A DNA stretch of 64,000 bases from an uncultured Nitrospiraceae bacterium (GTDB lineage Bacteria > Nitrospirota > Thermodesulfovibrionia > Thermodesulfovibrionales > Dissulfurispiraceae). How positions within the stretch are numbered: the first letter of the stretch is position 1; every line of letters starts with the position of its first letter. The DNA is taken from assembly GCA_963705105.1 (NCBI GenBank), contig CAVPIW010000006.1, positions 768,001 to 832,000 of the forward strand, read 5' to 3'. Positions 50,940-60,428 of this stretch are shown here, piece after piece. The translations under genes and the position numbers were made by a program. The notes beneath the pieces were generated by a model. The model was given only the letters and a program-made list of their open reading frames with translations. It was not told the DNA's origin and made no database searches.

Positions 50940-51618
50940 GGCTGACCTTCTCCAGGGGCGGGAACAGAACTCTGTCGCCTGCCTTCAGGCCCCTGAAATG
51001 ACTCATTCCGTTCGCCTGTGCAACGGCGAAGTAGTAGGTGGCGTCACCGTAAATTTCAAAAGCCATCAGGGGCAGGCTGTCGCCTTCCCTGAGGACCCTC
51101 ACATGGGTGAGGTCCGGCGATGTCTTGTTCTCTTTCTTCGCCCTCGTGGAGTCGTCGACATTCTCCCTGAAGGTGGAGGTAATGACCGCCCGCAGGGGTG
51201 TTCCGTCGGGCTTGAAGAGCTTGTAGGTCGTCTCCGCCTTCAGCAGAACGCAGTTCGACCTCAGGGTGCCCCAGACCACCTGGAGGTAGCGGGGCCTGTG
51301 GATATTTCCGTCATATCCGACCACATCGAAGAACTCCTTTACCTTTGCCGGCACATCGGCCTTCTCGCCGGCTGCGCCGGTTCCGTCGATGGTGAATTTC
51401 AGGGTGTAGTCCTGGGGCTTGATCCGCTTGAACTTCATGGGACTACCCGTCGTCCCCTTCCCCTGGCCTTCCTCGTACTCGATGTCATAGACCCGCTGGT
51501 ATTCCTCGGGATTGAAGAGGACCCTGAACTCGGCAACGGGGCTTCCTGAATAGTCGGCCTTCGTGAAGGCCTTTATGACGAGCTTCTCCAACTGCCCTCT
51601 CTGATTCGTGACGGCCAT
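50932..51618 (-). CDS. Tube initiator with LysM domain (Afp7-like)
   Basis: LFNPEEY, LFKPDGTPLRA, GDSLPLMAFEIYGD. Confidence 0.9.
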   Translation of the reverse strand: MAVTNQRGQLEKLVIKAFTKADYSGSPVAEFRVLFNPEEYQRVYDIEYEEGQGKGTTGSPMKFKRIKPQDYTLKFTIDGTGAAGEKADVPAKVKEFFDVVGYDGNIHRPRYLQVVWGTLRSNCVLLKAETTYKLFKPDGTPLRAVITSTFRENVDDSTRAKKENKTSPDLTHVRVLREGDSLPLMAFEIYGDATYYFAVAQANGMSHFRGLKAGDRVLFPPLEKVSRG

Positions 51619-51780
51619 TTATCGCTCCTTCCGGTCGGCGAGGATCGCCAGGACCTGCTCGACGCATTCGGCGACGAGGGCCTCCCTGTCAGGGGCTTCT
51701 TCTCCTGCAGCCTGGCGCACAGGCCCTGACTCCCCGGCAATGACGGCCCTGATGACGAGCTCATTCACCTGAACAGGCAT
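51619..51780 (-). CDS. Small CIS protein (DUF5908-like, candidate plug)
   Basis: MPVQVNELVIRA...ECVEQVLAILADRKER between the tube and LysM genes. Confidence 0.8.
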   Translation of the reverse strand: MPVQVNELVIRAVIAGESGPVRQAAGEEAPDREALVAECVEQVLAILADRKER

Positions 51781-51782
51781 GT

Positions 51783-52223
51783 CTAAACCCTCCGGAAGTA
51801 TTTGTACGCCAGTTCCAGGGTCTCGACGACCAGGGCGTTCTCCATGGCCTTGAAATCCGACACGACCCACTTCACGGGCCAGGCCCCGACGAATGTCCAG
51901 CCCAGTATCGGCTGGTGCTCCTCATTGAGAAGCGTCACCAGGACATCCACGGGCTTGAACTCGAAGTTCTCCAGTGCGTCGCTCAGCCAACGGACGAGTC
52001 CCGAGTCCTTCAAGAGCCCCCTCTTGAGGACGAGATTCCCGAACTTTGTCCGTGTCGGCAAACGATGAGTGAACCGGGTTTCCCCGCCCTCGACGAGTTC
52101 CTCTGTCCCCATCTCGGCAGTAAGGCCCGAAACCTCCTGAAAGCGGACATCGTTGTCATTCAGGCCCCCGAGTCCGAACTCGACCCTGAAGTGGAAGCCT
52201 GCAGGGGGATATGGTTCCGCCAT
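51783..52223 (-). CDS. Tail tube protein 2 (gp19-like, Afp5)
   Basis: FQEVSGL, NLVLKRGL, AWPVKW. Confidence 0.93.
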   Translation of the reverse strand: MAEPYPPAGFHFRVEFGLGGLNDNDVRFQEVSGLTAEMGTEELVEGGETRFTHRLPTRTKFGNLVLKRGLLKDSGLVRWLSDALENFEFKPVDVLVTLLNEEHQPILGWTFVGAWPVKWVVSDFKAMENALVVETLELAYKYFRRV

Positions 52224-52226
52224 GGC

Positions 52227-52658
52227 TTACCCGTTCTCGATGGTCAGTCCCTCGTGGGCGATCTCGACAGACTCGATGGCCACCTCGTTTCCCGTGGCCT
52301 TGAGACCGGGTCCTTCGATCTTGACGGGGAAGGCGTTGACTGCCTTCCAGGTCATGACGGGCTCGTGGTTTTCGTTCAGAAGACTGATGATGATGTCCCT
52401 CCTCGTGACCTTGTTGAGCTTCGTCGTGTTGAGCCACTCGAAGAACTCGTTGTCCTTCGGCACGATGCCCCTCTTGAGGGTAATGTTGCCGAACTTGGGA
52501 ATGCCCGGCATCTTTCTCGCCGAATACTCGGGACTCAGTCCGTCCCTGTACTCGATCACCTGTGTCTCGCGGTTCAGGCCCGAGACCTCGGAGAAACCGA
52601 GGTTCATGCCTCCCCACTGGACCTGAAAATGAAAGACCGGTAACGGGTACTCAGCCAT
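52227..52658 (-). CDS. Tail tube protein (gp19-like, Afp1)
   Basis: FSEVSGL, IEYRDG, NITLKRG, NEVAIES. Confidence 0.95.
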   Translation of the reverse strand: MAEYPLPVFHFQVQWGGMNLGFSEVSGLNRETQVIEYRDGLSPEYSARKMPGIPKFGNITLKRGIVPKDNEFFEWLNTTKLNKVTRRDIIISLLNENHEPVMTWKAVNAFPVKIEGPGLKATGNEVAIESVEIAHEGLTIENG

Positions 52659-52721
52659 GATCTCCTCCTCTTGTATCCTCTCGATCTTTTCCTATTCCCT
52701 CTTCTCCGATGATCCCTGTTG

Positions 52722-54128
52722 TCACGACGTCTGCATCTTGTGGGAGAACTTCAGAATGATGAACTCGGCGGGCCTCACGACGGCCATCCCGATTTCGACG
52801 TTCATCCGTCCCTCCAGGATGTCGAGGGCCGTCATGGTAATGCCGAGACCGACTTTCACGTAGAAGGCGTCATCGGGCTTCGCCCCTGCAAGGGCGCCGT
52901 CCCGCCATTTCTGGATCAGGTAGTTTTCTATCATGGACTTCACCTTGATCCAGGTGTTCGCGTCGTTCGGCTCGAAGACGGCCCAGTACGTGGACTTCTT
53001 GATCGATTCCTCCACCATGTTGAAGAACCGGCGCACCGGCACGTACCGCCACTCGTTGTCGTTCCCAGCCAGGGTCCTGGCGCCCCAGACGAGGATGCCC
53101 TTGCCCGTGAAGACCCTGATGGCGTTGACCGACTTGCCCGCCACGGGATCCACATTCAGTGACTCCTGGTCCTGGCTCGTGATCCTGACGGTCGGCTTGA
53201 TCACGTTATAGAGCGACACATTGGCAGGGGCCTTCCAGACGCCGCGGGCCGCATCGACTCTCGCATAAACGCCGGCTATCGCGGAACCCGGCGGGAGGGT
53301 GACCCTCTGCTTGTTCATTTCGGCCTTGATCTGGTTGAACAGGACGTTTTTATTCTTCTTGATGTCGTCGTCGCTTATATGTTTGCCTGCCAAATCGTTT
53401 GACACGCTGCCCGAGACGGCTGTATGTGTGCCAATCGTGATGTTGCTGTCGGTGCAGTAATAATTGAGCGATGTCTCGATCCAGGGATGGTACACTGCGC
53501 CGTACTTGATCTGGTCGAGATCGCCGGATATCTTGCTGCGCAGGGTGCCTACGTTACTGCCGTGGACGTCGATGACTGCGAAGCGGTCCTGTAGTGTCGT
53601 ACACTGCAGGAGGGCGGCGTTCATGACCTCGTAGAAGTCATCTTCATCAAGGGAGACGGCATCGGGAAAGACAAGGATCGTCGGCTCGTCCTCCTTGCCG
53701 ATCCTGGCGAGGCCCCCGAGCATGCCCGAGGAGTCGTTCCCTTTGGCAGGCGTGTCACTGTAGCCGCCCACGGAGACGATGTAACAGGGGCCGCCCCCGT
53801 TGGCGAAGAACATCTTCAGGCTGTAGTACATCCTGTAGAGAGTGCCGCTCGCATCGCGGGTGATATCTGTTATCTTGAAGGTGCCGAGGCCTGTGTCTTC
53901 CAGGATGTCGACGGTGAAGCTCTCCTCGTCGGCCCCGCCGAAGTATTCCTCGTACTCCGCCATTGATGCTATTCGTGTGGGAATATTCCTCAGGTCGTCC
54001 GCCTTCAGTTTCTCTGCTTTTTTGGTGTAGCCGATGAAGGCCGGAATGGCCGTCGCCACCTCCGCCACCGATGGCGGGAAGAGGGATATCTCCTCCACAT
54101 AGACATCCGGGGTTTTATACGTTGCCAT
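52722..54128 (-). CDS. Contractile tail sheath protein
   Basis: TPDVYVEE, RGVWKAPAN, VWGARTL, FEPND, RPAEFI. Confidence 0.97.
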   Translation of the reverse strand: MATYKTPDVYVEEISLFPPSVAEVATAIPAFIGYTKKAEKLKADDLRNIPTRIASMAEYEEYFGGADEESFTVDILEDTGLGTFKITDITRDASGTLYRMYYSLKMFFANGGGPCYIVSVGGYSDTPAKGNDSSGMLGGLARIGKEDEPTILVFPDAVSLDEDDFYEVMNAALLQCTTLQDRFAVIDVHGSNVGTLRSKISGDLDQIKYGAVYHPWIETSLNYYCTDSNITIGTHTAVSGSVSNDLAGKHISDDDIKKNKNVLFNQIKAEMNKQRVTLPPGSAIAGVYARVDAARGVWKAPANVSLYNVIKPTVRITSQDQESLNVDPVAGKSVNAIRVFTGKGILVWGARTLAGNDNEWRYVPVRRFFNMVEESIKKSTYWAVFEPNDANTWIKVKSMIENYLIQKWRDGALAGAKPDDAFYVKVGLGITMTALDILEGRMNVEIGMAVVRPAEFIILKFSHKMQTS

Positions 54129-54148
54129 ACGGTTCTCCTCCTTTTTCT

Positions 54149-55240
54149 CTAAATGTAGATATAGATTTCAGAATATGCCCCAGTTCCGCCACTCGAGGGG
54201 ACAAGGGCGGCCGCTGAAGGGTTTGCCAGATCCTGTATCTCCAGGGGGCCTCCGCCCCCGCCGTTCTTCTTTTTCAGTGCTATCCCCTTCACAGGTTTAA
54301 TCGCAAGGGGAAGTCTCTGGTTCGAGACGAAGGGAACTGCGTCCGTTCCGTCGCCCAGGGTCATGACGGGAAGTCTCGTGAACTGTATGCCCGGTGCTGG
54401 ATGATGGATCGAAAGGTCTCCGGGGTCGACGGTCCGACGGTACTTGAGGACCACGTAATACTTCCAGAAGGTCCTGCGTGCGTCGACCCGGACGGTATAG
54501 GTCTTCCTGACGACATCGAATGAGTCGTTCAGGAACCTATAGGGTCCGGGCACGTGGGAACCGCAGCAGATGTCGATGACGGCAAAGGCCTTCATACGCG
54601 CGATCTCATCACTTGCGTAGAAGTCAAAGGCCTTCTGCCCGTCAATGTTGATCGTGTACATCCCCGGTCCCCGGGGTCGAAGGTCGACGGTGCAGATGCC
54701 CGTGCCGTCCGTCGTGCTGACGGAAAGGGACCGCACCTTTGTCCCGAGGCTGTCAAGGATGTCGAGAAGCACGGAATTCTGCGTTGACTGAAAGGTGTAG
54801 CGGAAAGAGAGAGGTCTCAGGGCAACGCGATCGGCGGAGGAAAGATAAGGGTTCTGCGTGTCGGCAGTAAGAAGCAGTGCGCCTTGCTGCTGATTGTCCC
54901 GGAGGTTGTGGAGGCTATAGATGAAGCCGGGCAGTCTATCCAGGGGGACATCCGAGTAATTGACCATACGGGGATCAAGAGGCAGGACGACGAAAGAGAA
55001 TGTCAGGGGAGAATCAATCGGCTTCAGGGGATGTGAGATTCCTCCCCCGTCTTCCGTTATTTCATAAAGGAGGACGAAGCCTCCCGGTATCTTCTTGAAG
55101 AGCAGGCCCCAGTTAGCAAGGAGCTTCCGGCATTCCCGCGTCGGCGCCAGGTCGAACACCTCCCCAGCCGTTCCTTCGAAGAAGCGGTGGAAAAGGCGCA
55201 CCTCGACCATTTTGCCGAACTGTATCCTCATCGCCCCCAT
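54149..55240 (-). CDS. CIS protein between cap and sheath genes (candidate cap adaptor)
   Basis: Coupled to neighbouring genes; RRTFWKYYV; function inferred from position only. Confidence 0.65.
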   Translation of the reverse strand: MGAMRIQFGKMVEVRLFHRFFEGTAGEVFDLAPTRECRKLLANWGLLFKKIPGGFVLLYEITEDGGGISHPLKPIDSPLTFSFVVLPLDPRMVNYSDVPLDRLPGFIYSLHNLRDNQQQGALLLTADTQNPYLSSADRVALRPLSFRYTFQSTQNSVLLDILDSLGTKVRSLSVSTTDGTGICTVDLRPRGPGMYTINIDGQKAFDFYASDEIARMKAFAVIDICCGSHVPGPYRFLNDSFDVVRKTYTVRVDARRTFWKYYVVLKYRRTVDPGDLSIHHPAPGIQFTRLPVMTLGDGTDAVPFVSNQRLPLAIKPVKGIALKKKNGGGGGPLEIQDLANPSAAALVPSSGGTGAYSEIYIYI

Positions 55241-55815
55241 ATGCTCCTGTCCGAGAAATTGATCGTCATAACGGGCTCCTGCTCGTCGGACTTCTGGGAT
55301 TCCTGAATCGTCAGCATCCTGACCTTGTACATGACAGAAGGCATATACTTCGCGCCGAGGGAGGCCCAGAGATGGTTCTGCTGCTCGAAATCGAGGGAGT
55401 GGAGCTCCACCACGAGTTTCTCTGCCACACCTTCAAGTGCCGGGATGTCTCCCGGAGTGAATACGTTTCTGCTCTGGAAGAGGCGCACTGCGGCGGAGAG
55501 GAACTCCAGCGCGGTTTTGTAGTTCTTAAAATGAGAGGTGACCATGACATAGAGGTTCAGCTTCACCTCCGGGTTTCTGTGCGAGACTCTGCCGTTCAGG
55601 TCCGTGCTGACCGCTGCCTGCGCCCGCAACACTCGCTCCTCTTCGAGGCAGACAAGCGTGAGGGCGAGGGAGTTCTCAGGAATGGCGACGCTCCCGTCGG
55701 GCTTCACGAGGGGGGAAAGAACGACCACGGAATCGCTCGTCACGTTGAGCTCCGGCAGGCGCAAAAGGAAACCTGCCACAACCTGCCGCAAGGCATCGAG
55801 GGCCCTGTCGATCAC
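55228..55815 (-). CDS. DUF4255/Pvc16 cap protein
   Basis: LNLYVMV, LWASLGAKYMPSVMYKVR. Confidence 0.9.
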   Translation of the reverse strand: MIDRALDALRQVVAGFLLRLPELNVTSDSVVVLSPLVKPDGSVAIPENSLALTLVCLEEERVLRAQAAVSTDLNGRVSHRNPEVKLNLYVMVTSHFKNYKTALEFLSAAVRLFQSRNVFTPGDIPALEGVAEKLVVELHSLDFEQQNHLWASLGAKYMPSVMYKVRMLTIQESQKSDEQEPVMTINFSDRSIWGR

Positions 55816-55816
55816 A

Positions 55817-56080
55817 TCACGCCTCCGCCTTTTGTTTCCCGGTGTTCAATTTGTATCGCATCGCTGACCCTGAGCCTCCGGATTCAATGAGCAATCCCTT
55901 GTCGACCAACTCTGAGATCGCATCCCTGATGAGCCTCCCTTGGTGCCTGATCTTTCTCTCCAATAACCACCACTGGACGATTCCATCGGCCGTATCCTCC
56001 GCATCAGGATGATCGGTGAGATACGCCAGGATTTCGCGACTGATGGCCGCTTTATCAGAGAAACAGATGTCGTCTTTCAC
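55817..56080 (-). CDS. Small winged-helix-like protein heading the eCIS operon
   Basis: EILAYLTDHPDAEDTADGIVQWWL...LVDKGLL. Confidence 0.75.
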   Translation of the reverse strand: MKDDICFSDKAAISREILAYLTDHPDAEDTADGIVQWWLLERKIRHQGRLIRDAISELVDKGLLIESGGSGSAMRYKLNTGKQKAEA

Positions 56081-56109
56081 AAGATTGCGTCTCCGGTAAC
56101 GCTGTAAAG

Positions 56110-56125
56110 AGCAGCATCCGTGCCA
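56110..56125 (-). promoter_or_regulatory. sigma54 (-24/-12) promoter of the eCIS operon
   Basis: TGGCACGGATGCTGCT = GG-N10-GC, ~30 nt before the first start codon; IHF-like AATCAA motifs at 56162 and 56177. Confidence 0.8.
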
Positions 56126-56349
56126 CGTGAAACGGGGGTTGTGCAAACGTAAAAGGAGCAAAATCAACAGCTCAAAAATCAATGAGATAACAGGGAATGC
56201 AAGGGAAGAGGCATGAGTGCGGCTGTAGAACTTCGGGGGACAACTATGCTTTTTTTCTCACAGGGATGATTGTCTGAATCGTAAAAGGCATTGAATCGAT
56301 ACCATCCAGCGGTAGGATAATTTTGTCATAGGGTAAGACTGAGGAAGTC

Positions 56350-57735
56350 CTATGCCTGCGCGGATCGCATATCCTGAACGTTTATATTGTGCTTCCTGAT
56401 CAGCTCCCAGAAGGCGCGGCGGTCCTTTTGGGCAGACCTCGCGGCGCTGGAAATATTCCCTCCGTGCGTCAGGAGCAGGCTCTGCAGGTAGTCCTTTTCG
56501 AATTTCTCGACCGCCCTCGCCTTCGCCTGCCGGAATGATTCCGTCTCACCCGTCCACGGAACGTCAGGGAGTGGAAGGCCGGACGCATCGATCACCCCGG
56601 CAGTCGAAAAGACGACGGCTCGCTCGATGATGTTTTCCAACTCTCTCACGTTCCCGGGCCAGTCATAGAGCAGCAGTCTCTGCATCGCCTCCGGCGTGAA
56701 TTCGTGCGCGTCCCTGTCGAGTTCCGAAGCGTGATGATCAAGAAAATGCCGTGCGAGAACAGGGATGTCCTCCCTGCGCTCCCGCAGCGGGGGCAGGACA
56801 AGGCTCACGACATTGAGGCGGTAGTAGAGGTCCTGACGGAATTTCCCCTCATGCATCGCCCGGCCGAGATCGATATTCGTCGCCGTGATGACACGCACGT
56901 CGGCGCGGCGGCTCTTCGCAGACCCGATGGGCCGGTATTCCTTTTCCTGGAGAAGGCGGAGCAGTTTAACCTGTGACGCGAGGGGAAGACAGTCGATCTC
57001 ATCGAGAAAGAGCGTGCCGCCCTCTGCTTCCTCGACGAGGCCCGGCTGCGACGAATCAGCCCCCGTATATGCGCCCTTCATATGTCCGAAGAGCTCCCTC
57101 TCGATCAACTCCCCGTGAATGGCGCCGCAATTGACGGGGATAAACGGTTTGCCGGCCCGGAGGCCGAGGTAATGGATTGCCCGGGCACACAGCTCCTTCC
57201 CCGTGCCCGTCTCGCCGGAAATGAGGACAGTCGCTTCGCACCTGGCGACGAGCGGTATTTTCCTGATCTCTTCCAGAAAAGCCGGGCTCTCTCCGACCAT
57301 CTGCCTGAGGCCGATCTTCTCCTTGAGTCTCCTGACGAGGGGTTCCCCTGCCCTTCCTTGCTCAACGTGCCTCCATATGCGGGGAAAGATGTCGACCGCC
57401 CGGAGAGGAGATGAAATGAAGTCATCAACTCCCGCCCTGAGAAGCTCGATCATGTCCTCCGACCTCTCATCCCCGGAGGTCACAGCGAGGATAGGGACAT
57501 CCGGGGACGATCCGGTCAATAATTTTACCAGCGATCCGAGACCGGAGCGATCGTCCGGCAGGACGAGGAATATCAGGTCCGGCCCGTATTCCCTGATCGT
57601 CCCGGCGAGGGCGGCGGAGACGGGTGCACTCATGACATGCATCACCGACTTTTGCGACGAGAGGATCTGCTCCAGAATGCCGCCGCACCCTGACAGCTCG
57701 TTCTGATCGATCAGGAATACCCTTATGTCCTGCAT
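56350..57735 (-). CDS. sigma54-dependent enhancer-binding protein (NtrC-like) with atypical receiver domain
   Basis: GETGTGKE, ELFGHMKGAYTGA, LFLDEI, WPGNVRELEN, C-terminal HTH. Confidence 0.95.
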   Translation of the reverse strand: MQDIRVFLIDQNELSGCGGILEQILSSQKSVMHVMSAPVSAALAGTIREYGPDLIFLVLPDDRSGLGSLVKLLTGSSPDVPILAVTSGDERSEDMIELLRAGVDDFISSPLRAVDIFPRIWRHVEQGRAGEPLVRRLKEKIGLRQMVGESPAFLEEIRKIPLVARCEATVLISGETGTGKELCARAIHYLGLRAGKPFIPVNCGAIHGELIERELFGHMKGAYTGADSSQPGLVEEAEGGTLFLDEIDCLPLASQVKLLRLLQEKEYRPIGSAKSRRADVRVITATNIDLGRAMHEGKFRQDLYYRLNVVSLVLPPLRERREDIPVLARHFLDHHASELDRDAHEFTPEAMQRLLLYDWPGNVRELENIIERAVVFSTAGVIDASGLPLPDVPWTGETESFRQAKARAVEKFEKDYLQSLLLTHGGNISSAARSAQKDRRAFWELIRKHNINVQDMRSAQA

Positions 57736-57791
57736 GGCGCCCTCCGTCTGTTGCTGAAAACCCGGAAAGACATGCCTCTATCTTCAATTAG

Positions 57792-57844
57792 AGTGTAGCA
57801 GAATATTGCTGCCCTGTCTTGACATTTCTTACTTTTTTTTTGAC
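57792..57844 (-). promoter_or_regulatory. Shared promoter motif, copy 3
   Basis: GTCAA repeats 21 bp apart; AAGACA-17 nt-TACACT with extended TG. Confidence 0.65.
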
Positions 57845-58039
57845 CTTTTTTGCTTTATTGCATTTCATGTTCTGAAAATTTCAGCATAGCTCTTTCCGGT
57901 TCCTGACCTGGTCTGCTCCTCCATGTATGTACATGCCCATGCGTAAGGTGGGTAGGAAAAAGCATACACTGGGTCATAAGAAACCATGCGGCAGTCCCTG
58001 TCGCGTATTGCGATTTAGGCCTATTTCAGATGCGCTTTA

Positions 58040-58055
58040 TGGCATCAGGATTGCA
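58040..58055 (+). promoter_or_regulatory. Putative sigma54 promoter
   Basis: TGGCATCAGGATTGCA = GG-N10-GC. Confidence 0.55.
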
Positions 58056-58366
58056 GTTATACCAAGAGCTGCTCAATGAGCGGCTATTGACTTGCTGAAA
58101 AGAAGAGTAGAGAACCGGGTCGAGAAAATGCCTGGTTGAGCGTTGCAGACGCGGTGAGCAACGGAAGAGGAATGTGTCGGCAAGTCGTCACGGCTTGCTA
58201 TCAGCAGGAATCGAACTATAATTAAGCAGAAACCCCTGACGGTATTCCCGGATGCCGAGGTATACGTACACACAAGGAAAGCCACTCAGCAGGTCTGACG
58301 GCACGATGAGCCCTTCCACAGGGTTCCCTTAAAAACAAAAAAACAGAAGCTACAAGGAGGTAACAC

Positions 58367-58921
58367 ATGATCACAAAAACAGTCATTCTTGCGCTCAGTA
58401 CAGTTCTCGTCTTCGGCTTGGGACTTGCCATGGCTACAGAGGCAGAGCATGGGCCGGAATTCGAGAACGAGGTCGAAATGGAGCACGGCATCGAGGCTGA
58501 GCATTGCCCCGGCGGCGGTCAGATCTTCCTCGGCACGGCGTCTATCACTCCCCCGTCGGCCGGATCGACAATGTCGGGTCTCACGGCGAATCTGCGTCAT
58601 CAGGATTGCGTGGCCGAGGTCGAGAACGTCGAGGCCGAGAAGAAAAAGATCAATGAGGACGTTCATGTAAAAGGCGAGTTTGAAGTGCGGCCCGACAACA
58701 AGCTTGAGATCAAGGACATGACAATCGTCCATGACAATAACAAGGTCACCAGCGCAGCCGGCGACGATTTCACGGTCACCTGCACAAAGACGATCCCTGC
58801 GGGGACCTTTGACGGTGCCACCAGCACGCTCGTAGGAACGGTCACGGTGACCTGCACAGCCACCGGCACCATGAAGAAAAAGGCCGACGACCTCTTCCTG
58901 GAGCTCCTGCCGCACCAGTAG
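58367..58921 (+). CDS. Secreted hypothetical protein
   Basis: RBS AAGGAGGT, signal peptide, acidic/His N-terminus. Confidence 0.8.
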   Translation: MITKTVILALSTVLVFGLGLAMATEAEHGPEFENEVEMEHGIEAEHCPGGGQIFLGTASITPPSAGSTMSGLTANLRHQDCVAEVENVEAEKKKINEDVHVKGEFEVRPDNKLEIKDMTIVHDNNKVTSAAGDDFTVTCTKTIPAGTFDGATSTLVGTVTVTCTATGTMKKKADDLFLELLPHQ

Positions 58922-59003
58922 AATCTATGCGGGTGGGTGAGGGAGGAATCCGGGAACTCCCCCTCATTACCATCCGCAGAAAGTCAATGGAATCGAATAC
59001 TGA

Positions 59004-59037
59004 GGAGCAGCGGAGGGGGACCGCCGCTCCTTTTTTT
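59004..59037 (+). terminator. Probable intrinsic terminator
   Basis: GGAGCAGCGG...CCGCCGCTCC followed by T7. Confidence 0.6.
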
Positions 59038-59050
59038 GTCGTTTCAGTTC

Positions 59051-60340
59051 TTAAGGACGAGGAGAGGAATGCGTGAGAGGAGAGCTAAGGGTCCCGAGGA
59101 AGGCCTCGATCTGAAAAAGCTCGTCGTCCGTCAGACCGCCGTGCCCGACGGAATGGTCGACACCGCCCTGTCCCGGCTTCAGGCTGCGGTAGTGCCGCAG
59201 GACCTCTGAGATAGTGCTGATCTGGCCGGCATGCATGTAAGGCGGACGGTCCGTCACGTTCCGGAGAGAGGGAGTCTTGAAGGCCCTCATGTATTTCTCC
59301 GTCTCTGTGTCCATAAATAGGAGCTCCGCGCAGTCCTTCGGCCCGGCGTCGCTGTATTTCCCGAGACAGTTGAACTCGTCGGCACGCACAAGGCCGATCC
59401 CATCGGCCCTGCCCCTGTCAGGGGGGAGATCGGGCGGGGCCGGGACGCCGACATTATGGAAGTCGCCGTTTGTCAGGAGGGGGCCGTTGTGGCAGTTGAC
59501 ACATTTCGCTTTCCCGATGAAAAGCCTCAGTCCCTGCAGCTCCTCCTTTGTCAGCCCCTTGTCCATGCCTTTGCCATCCCCGCTGAGGAGTGACGCCACG
59601 GCCCTGTCGAACCGTGACGGAGTCGGCACGATGAGCCGGACAAAGGCCCCGATCGCCTTGCCCATGTTTGCGTAGATCCTGTTCACTTCATTCCTCACAT
59701 TGAGATTCATGGAGTTCCAGAGGGCGTCCGCAACGACATCGTCCGTCGCCGGGCGCGCCCCGGGAGGGCATGTCTCATCGGTGAAATGTGATACCGGGCC
59801 GAAGACTTCCTCATATTCCCTGTGGTAGAACTCGTCGATGAGCCGCGCGCAGGTCGAGCGGGCAAATCCATGTTCAAGGGGATTCTCAACAGGAGCGAGG
59901 GCCTGAGACCACAGGCTGTCCTTTCTGCCGTCCCAGAAAAACCACGACTGATAGGCCAGACCGATGAGCGGCATGGTCCTTCTCGTCGTCGTCGCCAGGC
60001 CGTGCGCCCGGGGCAGGGGGTCAGTAAACCCGAGTTCCGGACGGTGGCACGTTGCGCAGGAAACGGATCCATTGGCACTGAAACGACTATCGAAGAAGAT
60101 CTTCCTGCCCAGGTCCGCCGCCTTCGCATTGTCCGAGTATGCATTGGACGGATCCTTCGGCAGGGGCGGGAGCGACCCGACCCAGAGGGACCGGAGGAGA
60201 GTGACCTCCTGCTCCGTCCATCCCTGACGGTCTGCATCCGTACCGGCCAGAGGCGCCCGTTCCTCAGCGGCCCATGCCGCAGCACCGGCAAGGACGACAA
60301 GAACGACGAGTAGGCAAGTCACTCTACCTTGCAGTTGCAT
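59051..60340 (-). CDS. Di-heme cytochrome c peroxidase, MauG family
   Basis: CATCH, FWDGRKDSL, CVNCH, FKTPSLRNV..RPPYMHAG; start uncertain. Confidence 0.93.
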   Translation of the reverse strand: MQLQGRVTCLLVVLVVLAGAAAWAAEERAPLAGTDADRQGWTEQEVTLLRSLWVGSLPPLPKDPSNAYSDNAKAADLGRKIFFDSRFSANGSVSCATCHRPELGFTDPLPRAHGLATTTRRTMPLIGLAYQSWFFWDGRKDSLWSQALAPVENPLEHGFARSTCARLIDEFYHREYEEVFGPVSHFTDETCPPGARPATDDVVADALWNSMNLNVRNEVNRIYANMGKAIGAFVRLIVPTPSRFDRAVASLLSGDGKGMDKGLTKEELQGLRLFIGKAKCVNCHNGPLLTNGDFHNVGVPAPPDLPPDRGRADGIGLVRADEFNCLGKYSDAGPKDCAELLFMDTETEKYMRAFKTPSLRNVTDRPPYMHAGQISTISEVLRHYRSLKPGQGGVDHSVGHGGLTDDELFQIEAFLGTLSSPLTHSSPRP

Positions 60341-60428
60341 GGAAAGGCGGGGGTGATGCGCCTCAAAGTCTCGCGGTAGGCGACAGTACGCATTGTCAGC
60401 TTCATGTTTCAGGAATCCACTCCTTGTG

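Noticed and set aside
37101..55815. Prophage or canonical T6SS
   Set aside because: No capsid, portal, terminase, integrase or TssJLM/ClpV; DUF4255, Afp15-type ATPase and DUF4157 indicate eCIS.
58080..58330. Riboswitch in the long leader of the 58367 gene
   Set aside because: No recognisable consensus by eye; an Rfam search would be needed.
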